Both the position numbers and the translations under genes were made by a program. The notes under the pieces are model-generated. The model was not told where the DNA came from. It was given only the letters and a program-made list of their open reading frames with translations, and did no database searches. From assembly GCF_009914755.1 (NCBI RefSeq), contig NC_060925.1: a DNA stretch of 64,000 bases; one strand, written 5' to 3'. The DNA is from the human T2T-CHM13v2.0 reference genome, Homo sapiens. Below, piece after piece: positions 11,490-22,257 of this stretch (its first letter is position 1; every line of letters begins with the position of its first letter).

Positions 11490-11630
11490 GCAACAAGTCA
11501 GGAGACCTAGGTCCTACTCCTGACACTTGCTAATTAGCTCTATGACTCTGGGCAAATCACATATCTGGGCCTCAGTTTCCTCATCTGTAAAAATGACAGC
11601 AAACTCGTAATGCTCAATAAATGTTTAAAT
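11490..11630 (+). mobile_element. MIR fragment carrying AATAAA
   Basis: CTGGGCAAATCAC...GGGCCTCAGTTTCCTCATCTGTAAAAATG...TGCTCAATAAATGTT. Confidence 0.75.
11616..11621 (+). terminator. KCNJ9 candidate poly(A) signal AATAAA
   Basis: AATAAA about 2.7 kb after the stop, before the convergent IGSF8 3' end. Confidence 0.65.
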
Positions 11631-12414
11631 AACAACTGAAGGAGGCCTGCCAGATGCCTCTTAAGGTGCCGTGCAGGTAAGAATTTTAGGATCAGAGAAT
11701 CCTTAGGCAAGAAAATTCATGAAACTCCTGGGGCACTGGAGGAGGGGTGAAGCTGAAGGGTGGGAGGGAGGAGACCCCAGGGTAGGTACAGGCAGGTGAA
11801 GCGGGTATATGCAGGTGTAGTGGGTATATGCGGGTAGAGGGTATATGCAGGTACAGCGAGTACATGTGGGTGCAATGGCTCTGTGGACACACAGGCCCTC
11901 CCCTGACTGCCTGTTGTCCCAGCCTGAGTATCAGTTGTGTTCTGAGGCTTCTATTCTGCTGCTATGGGTCAGAAGGAACAACAATTTCAGCCCCAGGGCC
12001 TAGTGGGAGGAGTCAGGTCCAAGACTAGCCTGACCAGGAGAATGAGACGTGGGAAGAGTTGGGGAAAGTCTGGGAAGCTCAGAAAAGGCACTGCCCCTGG
12101 AGGCCCATGCCCTTTAACATGGGAGAAGCTGGTGCGGGGGTGACCACAGGCAGCTGGAACCTACCCTCCTTTTCTATGCTTCCCTCCCCAAGTAGGAGTC
12201 CAATCAGGAGTTGTCTCAGCCCCGACAGTTCAGGCTGCAGATGGAACCCAGGTGTCCCCTCCTGGGGTGGGTGGCATGGCCCATGGAGGCCAGATGGTGT
12301 TTGTGGTGGGAAGAGAGGCCTGGGTCATCCAGAATAGGTTGTCAATCCCCAACCACCTCCCTACTATGCACCCTGAGCGTTTTACAGTCTCATGGTAGGG
12401 AAGACACAGCCAAG

Positions 12415-12685
12415 CCTGCTTTTTATAAAACAAGTTTATTCACATTTTAGAAAAACTAATTCCAGGACAGGAAATGGCCTCCCTATAGGATCCCTAAGAG
12501 ATCAAGAACAGAAGGCCAGAGGGAGGGGCTTGGGAGGGAAGGAGTGGGGAAGGGGAGGCACGTCTCCCATTCTGGGTAGTGGGAGGTCAAATAAATTAAA
12601 GGAAGAGTGGACAGAGGGAGAGGGTGTCCAGGCAACCAGAGGAGGGCTTGGAGCTGGGCCGGAAGACAGTCGACACCTGCAAGAC
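12415..12685 (-). other. IGSF8: IGSF8 terminal non-coding exon (3' UTR) after a 3' UTR intron 12686-12884
   Basis: Donor CAG|GTGAG at 12884. Acceptor CCTTTTCAG at 12687-12686. Confidence 0.7.
12435..12440 (-). terminator. IGSF8 poly(A) signal AATAAA
   Basis: TTTATT on + strand at 12435-12440. Confidence 0.8.
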
Positions 12686-12899
12686 CTGAAAAGGGTGCCC
12701 GGTGTGGGCTAAGGACAGAGAGCCCTGAGTGGGGCTCCCTCGCGGCCTCCACCCCTTAACAGGGCCCTGTGGATCTGAGCTGCCTACTCCTCCTCCAGGT
12801 GGGGCCTGGGAGGGAGCAGCTTGGTTCAGGACTTGGGGGTGGGAAGCCCAATGAAAACAAGGTTGGGGGGTTCTTTTCCCTCACCTGGGGAGTAAGGGA

Positions 12900-13015
12900 T
12901 CACCGTTTTCGAAGCCTCTTCATGAAGCAGCAAGTGATGGTACCAAGGACAGTGGCACCAGTGACTAGGGCCACCCCTGTACCCACCAGCAGAGGCACAA
13001 ATAGGGTGTCCAGGG
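12900..13015 (-). CDS. IGSF8: IGSF8 transmembrane and cytoplasmic tail exon
   Basis: ALDTLFVPLLVGTGVALVTGATVLGTITCCFMKRLRKR*. TGA at 12902-12900. Confidence 0.95.
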
Positions 13016-16000
13016 CTGGGGGAGAGAGGATGACTGTTCAGAGAGGATGCCATCATCCTCCACCCATACACTTGCCTCTGCGCTTTCCCCATCAAGTTCT
13101 CTGAACCCACCTTCTCCATTCACAGACACCCCCATCCCTGCCCACAGCCTGCCCCCTCAGCATGCAAGTCAGCATCAACCACAGAGGACCCCGTGCAGGT
13201 GGGCACTGCAGGGCTGGAAGTTGGATTTTTTGAGACTTCATGTGACATAATGTGGAGGAGAGAGATAGTAGCAGGAGGGTCAGAAGATGGGAAGGGAAGG
13301 CCAGTGGCAGAGGCCAGGAGGAAGGCAGAGTGAGGAGGGTGGAGGGGGTGTCACTCACCATGCATGTAGGGGTAGACTGTAACAGGCCCTGAGCGGGCAC
13401 TGCCCGCCTGGTACCAGCTGTAGTCGGCATGCTGCACCCAGGCGCTGGGGGCACAGTGGTACACGCCTTCATCCTCGGGCCCCAAGCTGTGTAGTCTCAG
13501 CCGATGGCTTCGGGGCCCCACCAGCTCTACGCTGACAGGGCCTCCTCCAGGCCGGACTCCCAGCTCTGCCACACCATCCTGGCCTACGCCACCCACCAGC
13601 TGGGCAGGGACAGAGCTGAGCTCTCCGTCCTCTGGTCGCTCCACCCACCAGCTGGCGGCCAGCCGCAGTCCTGGGGGGCCACCCCGCACAGAGATGTTGC
13701 ACAGCAGGGAGGCAGTCTCCCCGCGGTACACTGTGCCTCCTGCTAGCCATGCCACAGCCTCCAGCACCACACCTGCAGAACAAAGGACATGGGGTCAGAG
13801 GGTGCAGGGCCAGGGAGCATGGGGTTAGGGCTGCCGCCAAGCACCGCCCCAGGAAACTCAGGGTATTCCCACAATCTTGGTAGAAGAGGAGCGTGAGGCT
13901 GTGGCCTGCAAACAGCTGACGGAGAGGGAGGGGTCATGGAAACAGAAGGAAAAGGGGTTGACAATCCTCGAACCCCGTCCAGGGCCCAGCCCCCTCTCAC
14001 CTTCCTCCCGCACATGTACAGGGAGAGGCCGGGAACGGGCACTGGCTGCTTCACGAAGCCGGGTCCCAGACCCTCGAACATAGGCTTTGGCGAGGCAGCG
14101 GTAGGTGCCCGCATCACCAGGCCTGGCAGCCTCTAGCCGTAGCCGGTATGTTCTGGATGCCACCTTCTCCATGGCAATGTGTCGGCCCTCATAGCCAGGG
14201 CCCAGGCTGCCCACACCCTCTGTGTCCAGCTGGGCTACCAGGCGGCCGGGCCCAGGTGCCCCCGCAGGTGCCATCTCCCAACCTACAGAGTATGCAGCAT
14301 GACGGCCTGCTGGGGGAAGTGCCCCTGACACATTGCACAGCAGTTCCAAGGGCTCCCCTGGGCCGATCCGACGTTCACCAGGCCCCACTGTCACTGCCAG
14401 CTGGCTGGCTGAAACACAGGTAGGGGAAGAGGTGTCATGGAGGCAGGAGGGGACACAGAGGCACCCGATTCCCCAACTTCCTGTTTCCTACTTGACAGCA
14501 GCAACTTCAAAACCTCCTGTCTCCCCCTCACTAGGTATGACCATCTTTCTATTTAGGGGCTTGAATCTCACCCCTCAGCATGGGCCTCCTATCTCTATAC
14601 CCAATTTCTGAGCAGAGAAAACCCATCAAGGGCCGGGGGAGAGAAATGCTAGCAAGGCTGCTCACTCTGTGGAAGATGAGTTCCTTGGAGTCAGATGATG
14701 GCTATCTGGTACCCCCTGTGGCCACAGTGCCCACCAGGATACTGTCCCTCCCAGCTCCCACAGTGGGATGTATAAGTGGCACTTACACAGCGTCTGCACA
14801 TCCACGTGGGCCAGGACGGCCCTTTTCTCTGCAATCTGGGCCCAGCTGCCATCAGGATCCTGAATCCACTCAGCGGCAGTGCAGTGGTAGGTGCCTGCGT
14901 CCCCTGCCTGGGCACCCCCTACTACCATGCGGTACCGATCGGTCCCTTCCTTGCCCAGACGAAGCTCCCCTGCAGCCAATCGCTCAGCATAGGGAGCTCC
15001 AGCCTCCACGGCCAAGTCTGACCGGATTCCCACCACTTCCTGCAGAGTTGACCGCCCAACTGGTGCCTCGGGCACAGATCGCCCAAAGGACACTGCCAGG
15101 TGTGTGTGCTTCTGTGTGCTTGTCCTCGCCAGGCAGCCCAGTGCCAGCTCCTGCCCCTCATGCACCGTCATGCGTGGGGGTGAGGTTGGGGCCTGGCGGC
15201 CTCGGGGCCCTGGGGGGGCAGCAGACACCTGGAGGACATCTGGAAGAACTGGAGAGAACAGCTGGAGTGAGGGAGGGCTGGGAGCTGGCAGCCCTTGTTA
15301 CTGTTTCCTGTGTATAGCCTATCTCCCTAAATAAACTGTGAGCTCCCAGAGGGCAAAGATCGCATGTTGTATTATTTCTTCTGTAACTCAGTGGTGCCAA
15401 GGGCAGTACTGGGCACAGCACAGGCGCTCAATAAATACTTGTAGAATTTCATAGAACCAGCCCATCGCCTACTCACCCTTATGTTTGAGACTGACCTCTG
15501 TTTGAAATACTGAGAAAAGCGGCTCTTTCTTCTCAGAAGACAAAGAAACTTAAGAGAGTGAGAATGTCACATGGTCTAACTCCTTCCCTAACTCTACTCT
15601 CTTTCCCAGATCTGGGTCCTGTACTGTCCAGGAGTAGAGGCTATTCAACCCAACAGTCTTCTTCGTTCTTGGGAATGGAAAGTGGACTGGACAACTTAAG
15701 GACACTTCTTCTCCCAGGAGGGGTCTTAATATGATAAGATGAGCACTGGCCTGGGTGAGGAACTCTGGGTTTGAGTCCCACATCAGCCACTGAGTTATTG
15801 GGTGACTTTGTGCAAATCACTTAACCTCTTTGGGCCTCAAGTTCCTTGGCTACAAAACCTAAGGGGCAACTAGATAGGCCACTTGTGGCCTTGACTTTCT
15901 GCCTTGAGAGGGTGTGTGGCTCCACCCCGTCCCAGGGCCCAGTACCTCTCAGCTCCACCTTGCCGCTGTAGCTGCCCAGGTAGCGGGTATCAGTGGAGGG

Positions 16001-19000
16001 GGTGTGGCACTCATAAATGCCGGCATCCTGGGCCTGCAGGCGGGCAATCTTGAGCACCACGGCATCACCTTGTAGGCGCTGCACCTGCACCTCACCCGCC
16101 ACCACTCGGGACTTGAAGACAGCATAGGAGAACTGGGTATCCTTGGTACTGACAATGCCCAGTGCAGTATCTGGGGCCTCGGGCCTATACAGGAACCACT
16201 CGAAGTTCTGCTGGGCAGGGCCCTCATAGCCGGTCACATTGCAGGAGATGGAGACAGCTGTGCCAGCCACGCGGTACAAGGGCCCCTCGGGGACCAGCAC
16301 CTCCCGGGCCCAGCATCCCATTCCTGTAGGGAAAGGCAGAAGGAGTTGGAGATGCCTGGTTCCTCATTCCATGCCCTCTGCCGCCACAAGCACCATTCTT
16401 GATCTCTGCCTACAAAAGGAAAGGAGACCTGGGAAAGCTTGTCCACAGCTTGGACCCTGTTCTGAGAATAGGAAAGGGATGCTGTGATATAAGACACCTG
16501 GATCTCAAGGAGGTGGCATGGGCCCAGGATTGCCTTGGCATCCAGATGCATCCCATTTCTGGCGGACTAGAAGCAGAGCACCTGAAGGCAGAAAGGAGTA
16601 CATCTGATTCCTGACCTAACCAGGCCTTGGTTCCAACTGAACCTTGATCTGTCCCTGCCACTCACCCACCTCCATGTCTGCCATTCCTTCCTCAGCACCT
16701 GGCAAGGGGAGCCTTCTGGCTAGGGGACTCTGAGACTACATGTCCCTCTCCTTTGCTTGAGGGGAGCTGGCAGTCTTGCTCAGAAGTGCTAGTTGGCTCA
16801 GCTGTGTCACCTGGGCGAGACAATGGAGCCAGTGACCCTAGCTGGAAAGGGCACAGGCCCAGTCAGTTCTCACCACACAATGCCCTCCCCTCTCCAGCTG
16901 CGCCATGAGCTCACTGCTTCTCTCACCCCACAGGGCTGCCCAGGCAGCTGGGGCTTCTGGGGCAAGATCCAGGCTCTGCCCTGGCCATTGGGGGCAGAAG
17001 ATCCCCTCCTCCAGTGCCTGCCAACCTTCCGGGCTAGCCCAGCAGATACAGAAGGTGCCTGCCCCAGTTCCTTAACAAAAGCCTTCATTTGCACATGGTA
17101 TGCATTCATTTACATATATGGCTCTCTTTCTGTAGGGAGGCACTAAATCCCCAGCTGCCCCTTCTCATCTCTCTCCCTTCAGAAAGGCCAAACCTCTCTT
17201 CTTCACCCTACTCCACCCCTATGCCCAACCCTACCCCAGCAGATACTCCTGGCAGACTTAGAGGGCTTAGCTCCTCCCTTCTTTCCTTCCATAGCTCCCA
17301 CTAGATAAGATCACAGAACCTCAATGTAAAGAGGGCTAGGCCACCCCTCCCCACCTCTCCCAATTTTACAGATGAGAAAGGTAAGGCAGGAAAAGTATAA
17401 TATGTTAGCCAAGATCATGCTGTCCCTAGATGGCTTCCACACACTCCTCCAGAGGGGCAAAACCAGAGAGGAAGATGGGGAAACTCCAAGGCCAGGCCTG
17501 AAGGGACTGACCTCACCAACCAGAGTGTCACTTTTAGGCCTCCCAGGGGGATACCATGGACTTTCTGCAGGAGCTAGAGGAAAATGCCCAGGAGTCTGTG
17601 GTCAAACTCTACCCTCCAGCTTCTCTAGAACGGCTCCTCTGAACTTCCCCACCCCTGCTTCTGGGCTCCTAGCCCCTTCCTTCATCCTCTGGCTGGGTCA
17701 CAGGGAGAACTCATGGTCTGTTGTTAAGGGCACAGCTGCCAGTCAGGAAGTGGGATTCCAGCACCATCCCCATGCCCAGCTGTGTGGCCTGGGATCCAGT
17801 CTCTTTCTGTCCTAGGCCTCAGTTTCCACACTGGAGGAGAACTAAGAGCTCCAGCTCTGACCATGTGTGAGTGCGTATGTGACTCAGGAGAGCCCTGCCC
17901 CAGGCCAGGCAAGTTTCATAATCAGAGTGACGGTGGAGACAGCCAAGCTGACACCTTCCCTGACTGCCTCAGGGCAGACTGCTCAGAAGGCCCCCTCCCA
18001 TTTTCCTGGCTCCACAACTGCTGATGCTTGGAGATGCCCATGGGAAAGTCACCTCCACAGCCTTAGGAAATCAGTTGCCACACAGCTCTCTCTCCCCTCC
18101 TCTGTATCAGTCGCAGCAAGGAAAGGGACAGCAAAGAGGCCTGCTTTGGAATCAGATCTGTGTTCAAATCCTAGCCCCAACACTCACTAAATGTGCTCTC
18201 TGGGGCAAGTTACTTCATTTTCCTCATTTGTGAAATGAATGTAAGTGCCCACAGGCAGTGGGTGCTCAGACCTCTGCGTGCTCCTTTTTCAAACACAGGC
18301 CAGCACTTCCCCACCTCCCTGGGCTCCTCCCTGCTCCATGCTGCCCACTGGGGAAAACACACCAAGTGCTAGGCAACCCAGGCCCCACAGCGCCTTCCTC
18401 TCTGTACATCCTCCTGCCACCTGCCCAGGGACCAGGGAGAGGACTCATCCTAACCCTGCAGGGCCCAGGGACCTGCAGCAGGGGAAGGCTTTGCTTGGTG
18501 CCACTGTGGAGCTCTGGTCTAGAAACAGGCAGCTGGGGCTACCTTCAGCCTCTGCCTTGACGACAGCAGCTCTGAAGTCACCATCCCCACCCCCACGCTT
18601 CACTCTCATTTCAAGGGCTTCAGCCTCATCAACATCTGTACTGGCAGTTTCACTGTCTCCATGCCATACTCTTCCCCAGACCACCTCCTACAGGGAGCCC
18701 TCCAGTTCAGGCCAAAAACAATTCCACTGTCATTATCCCCATGCATCCATGCAAGATTGGCCCAGAACACCCCACCATGAACACCCACCACAGCAGGCAC
18801 AAGGTGCTTGGAGATCCCAGGATCAGTCTCCATGGAACCTGGTTTCTCCTGAGGCAAGGAAGCTGGAACTAAGCGGTGTGAAAACTGATGGGTGGCTGCA
18901 GAGCCAAGTGCCATTTGGGAGACAGGAAGAAGGGCAAAGAGGGACCCAACCCAGGGTGGAGATGGGGGTGAGAGAGGGAACTGCCCCCAGTTGATGAAGT

Positions 19001-19549
19001 GCGTGGAGCGCAACTGGGAGAGACTTACTTCAAAGATCGTGGGCAGAACTGGCCTCTGGGCCTCCAGCCAACTCTGGGGCAATTATGAAGCTGGGCAGGC
19101 ACTGCCCTCGTAGGGCGGGCACCCAAGGCCAGGCCTGGAGCTGAGTGTGGGGCAGAAAGGAGTCGCAGCATTTGGTGCAGCGACCCCAGTACGTGGGTAT
19201 GCTAGCTGAGATGTGTGGCCTGCCCCGGGAGGCCGAGCAGTGCCTGGGGCAGCACCTTAGTGGGTCCTCTCTACGCCCCAGTCCCTGGCTTAGAGCTGGG
19301 GAGCCTGCACTCTTCCCAAGACTGGCTCGGCGGACAGCCACAAAGCGCAGCTGGCCGCCGACCCCGGGGAGGCTGGAGGTACCCCTGACGGAGGAGGATG
19401 TGAGGAGCCCCGAAATGCTAGGGGGGTGCTGGATGGCAGGCACCTGCCCGGCAGGGCCGGGAACCGGAACGGGGGCCTGGCTTACCTAGCATTAGCAGCA
19501 GCAGCAGCGGCAGCGAAGGCGGCAGCAGCGTGGGCCTGAGGGCGCCCAT
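12900..19549 (-). CDS. IGSF8: Immunoglobulin superfamily member 8 (EWI-2/CD316), complement join(19486..19549,15946..16323,14787..15248,14001..14408,13359..13772,12900..13015), 613 aa
   Basis: Signal peptide MGALRPTLLPPSLPLLLLLMLG, four Ig exons (all phase 1-1) with the AEWIQ EWI motif, TM and CCFMKRLRKR tail. Total 1842 nt. Confidence 0.97.
13359..13772 (-). CDS. IGSF8: IGSF8 Ig domain 4 exon
   Basis: TTCTGCAG| acceptor. DEGVYHC. GTGAGT donor. Confidence 0.96.
14001..14408 (-). CDS. IGSF8: IGSF8 Ig domain 3 exon
   Basis: TGTTTCAG| acceptor. DAGTYRC. GTGAG donor. Confidence 0.96.
14787..15248 (-). CDS. IGSF8: IGSF8 Ig domain 2 exon (EWI motif)
   Basis: CTCTCCAG| acceptor. YHCTAAEWIQDPDG. 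GTAAGT donor. Confidence 0.96.
15330..15450 (+). mobile_element. L2 3' end
   Basis: CTGTGAGCTCCCAGAGGGCA...GGCGCTCAATAAATACTTG. Confidence 0.7.
15946..16323 (-). CDS. IGSF8: IGSF8 Ig domain 1 exon
   Basis: CCTACAG| acceptor. GMGCWAREVLVPEG...KVELR, then GTACT donor. Confidence 0.96.
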
Positions 19550-20300
19550 CCTGCGCGGCCAGCTCTGGGGAGGCTCCGGGGGATGGCGCGGGTTCTGGGG
19601 GGCCGGAAGGGTGGGGGGCGCATGCCCAGGTTGAGGGCAGGAAGCGGGGCAGCGAGGCGTGGGTGCGCCGAGCGAGCTGAACTGGAGCTGCCGAATCCCC
19701 TCCCTCCGCCCCTCCCGCTGCTTTCCCTCCAGCCCTCGGCAGTTCTGAAACCATTCTCGCCCCGGCCCGCCCCGGCACCGCCCCTTCCACCGCCCCGTCT
19801 AGGCCCGCCCCGCCCCGGACCCAGCCTTGGCCCTGCCTGCCCCACCCCCGCCAGACTCCGGCCTTTGCTCCGCACCTGGCCCCGGCCCCGCCCCGCCCCT
19901 CGAAACTCACCTTTGCGTCGCATCGAGTCCCAGCCCCGCCCCGGCCCCGCCCCTCCCCGCCCCGCCCCGCCAAGACTCCAGCCCTGGATCCGCCCCGGGC
20001 CTCGGCCCAGCCCCAGTTCCGGCCCCTCCCCCGCCCCGCCCCACCAGGACTACAGTCGGACTCCAATCCTGGCTCCTCCCCGGGCCCCGGCCCCGCCCCA
20101 GTCCCAAGCCGCACCCCTTCCCCGTCCCCGCAGGGCTAACGTCAGCCTCCAATCCTGGCTCCGCCCTGGACCCCGGCCTCGCCCCGCCCCTGGCCCTGGC
20201 TCCGCCCGAGGCCCCCGCAGGAGTGAGCTAACTGCACCTCTGCGCATCGAAATTCCCACCCACCCTCGCACAGAGCGCATTCCACCCCGCACCTGCCAGC
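19300..20300. promoter_or_regulatory. IGSF8 CpG-island promoter with dense GC boxes and CCAAT boxes
   Basis: Many CCCCGCCCC copies, CCAAT near 20063 and 20149, high CpG density. Confidence 0.88.
19486..19549 (-). CDS. IGSF8: IGSF8 signal peptide exon
   Basis: ATG at 19549. Donor GTAAG at 19485-19481. Confidence 0.95.
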
Positions 20301-22243
20301 CTTTCCTGGAGAGTTGGGTGCAGGGTCCCTGGGATTGGCGAGGTGACTGTGACCACGCATTTAGAATTCAGTTATTTGCTCTGAGCCATAGTCCTCGCTG
20401 CAAACCCTGCTGAAGTAGGGGTTGGCGGAAGCCAGGAGTTCCTGAATGCGAAGGGTTTGAGCTGAAGGGCGCTTCCAGGATCCAGAAGGTCACTGGAGAC
20501 CTGTTTTTCACCCCCTCAGAGGGCAAAACCAAAAGAAAAATGGATTAGGAGAGGGGGCCGTCCATGTGACGTCATTTCTGGGTTGGGTGATCCTAGCCCA
20601 GTTGTTTAACCTCCTTCAACTTCAGTTTTCTCCTCTGCAAATTGAATTGAGGTTGATCACATCACCCAAAGGGTTATTGTGATGATAGGTAATGTACATA
20701 AAGTGTTTGGCACAGGAAACTAACACAAAATGGGAGATAAGGATTATTTTGTTTTAGGTTTTGAATTATTATTTGAACTGCTTCCTAAGAGGCTTAGTTT
20801 AGACCTAGTTTAGACCTGGCATTTAGGTGAAGGAGTCTCTATGTTCAGTGACAGTGGGAAGAGATGAACATTGCTCTGTTCTAGGAAGAGTGGGGCTTGC
20901 CCTGGAGGTGGGAGAATGGAGGAGGCACCCTTCCCAGGTGCTCTGTCTCTTCCTGAACTGTAAAGATGGGAAGTGGGCAGGGGCAGGAAGGATGAGACCA
21001 GAATGGGGAGAAGAGATGGCCAGGTTTGCAAAGCCAAGGCTGTCAGAGTGGCTGTCAGTGGGAGGTGACCCCAGAGCCCATTTACCACCCTCTACCCTCC
21101 AACATCCTCCCTCTCCCCTCTCATCCCCCTTCCCTCCCACTCACTCACCCCCCTTTACAGAAGAGGAAACTGAGGCCCAGAGAGGGTAAGTGGCACAGGC
21201 CAGACCAGATCTTCCTTGACATGGTATTCCTCAAGCGTGGCACAGTGCCTGACTCTGAGAAGATGCTCACGGGGTTGCCAGTAGAAGCCACATTGAGGAA
21301 CCCTGGAGAAACCAGAGAAACTGAGGCCTTGAAGGGAGATCAGAGGTCCAGCCCTCACTTCCCAGGACTGCCAGCACTGGCCCATGAACAGGGCAATAAG
21401 GTGCCTGTTTATTCCCACTTTGAAATATCCAGAAGGTTGCTCCAGAACCTCATCATCTAAATCCATCCACAGGCATATCGAGCTATGTGAAAACTGAAAC
21501 TCATAGGGGAAGCTTTTGGAAGAATACGTCTCTCCCTTTATAATGGATTTAATTATCGAGTGGATTTAATGCCTTCATGATGCTTGAGGGATGAAAGATG
21601 TTACCAATTGTAATAATGATAGATGTCATTTATGAAATGCTTACACAAGAAGGCCCTTTTGGATATTAGTCCTAGTCCTTATAGCATATTTTGCAAGGTG
21701 GTGTCATTTAACAGAAGAGAAACTTGAGGTTAGGCAGGTTAAGTACCTTGCCCAAGGCCACACAGTTTTTAAGTGGCTTAGGGGTGACTTCAGCCCAGGC
21801 TTGTCTGTCTGTCCCCAAAGCCCCAAATCTTCCTACACCTCACTGTCCCTCCTCCCAAGCCTCTCCACCCTGTAAACTCAGTCATTCAACAAATATTGAT
21901 TGGGCCAGGCCTTGTACTGGGCACTGGAGATGCCATGGTAAACAAGGTGGGCCTGCTCCCCTGCCCTCAGGGAACATAGTTCTATATGTTAGGGATACAT
22001 TTCATAAACAAGTCATAACCAACCCCCAGTATGAGTATGATGAGAGGGGTCTTCAGGGAGGTGAGGTATCCTCTCTTACCCTGTGGCCTGGGGCTGGGAA
22101 GGAGCTGGGGGCAGGTTGGCGTTGAGAACTGGGTTGGTGTCTCCCTCCAGAGGGGATAAGGCCCAAGGAGAGAACAGTGTCTTCAGCAGGCCCCTCTGGA
22201 ACCCAGGCCCCTCTGGAACCCAGACTGCGGGTTCCAGAGGTGG

Positions 22244-22257
22244 CCAGCAGAGGGAGC
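22244..22257 (+). promoter_or_regulatory. CTCF-like motif between IGSF8 and ATP1A2
   Basis: TGGCCAGCAGAGGGAGCCC resembles the CTCF consensus TGGCCACCAGGGGGCGC. Confidence 0.5.

Noticed and set aside
18245-18994. 249-aa ORF antisense in IGSF8 intron 1
   Set aside because: Non-ATG start, no recognisable domain or splice support.
19482-20413. 210-276 aa Pro/Gly/Arg-rich ORFs at the IGSF8 promoter
   Set aside because: Low-complexity products of GC-box repeats. The minus-strand ones are out of frame with the IGSF8 ATG.
20795-20816. 11-bp tandem duplication TAGTTTAGACC x2
   Set aside because: Ordinary slippage duplication with no supporting context.
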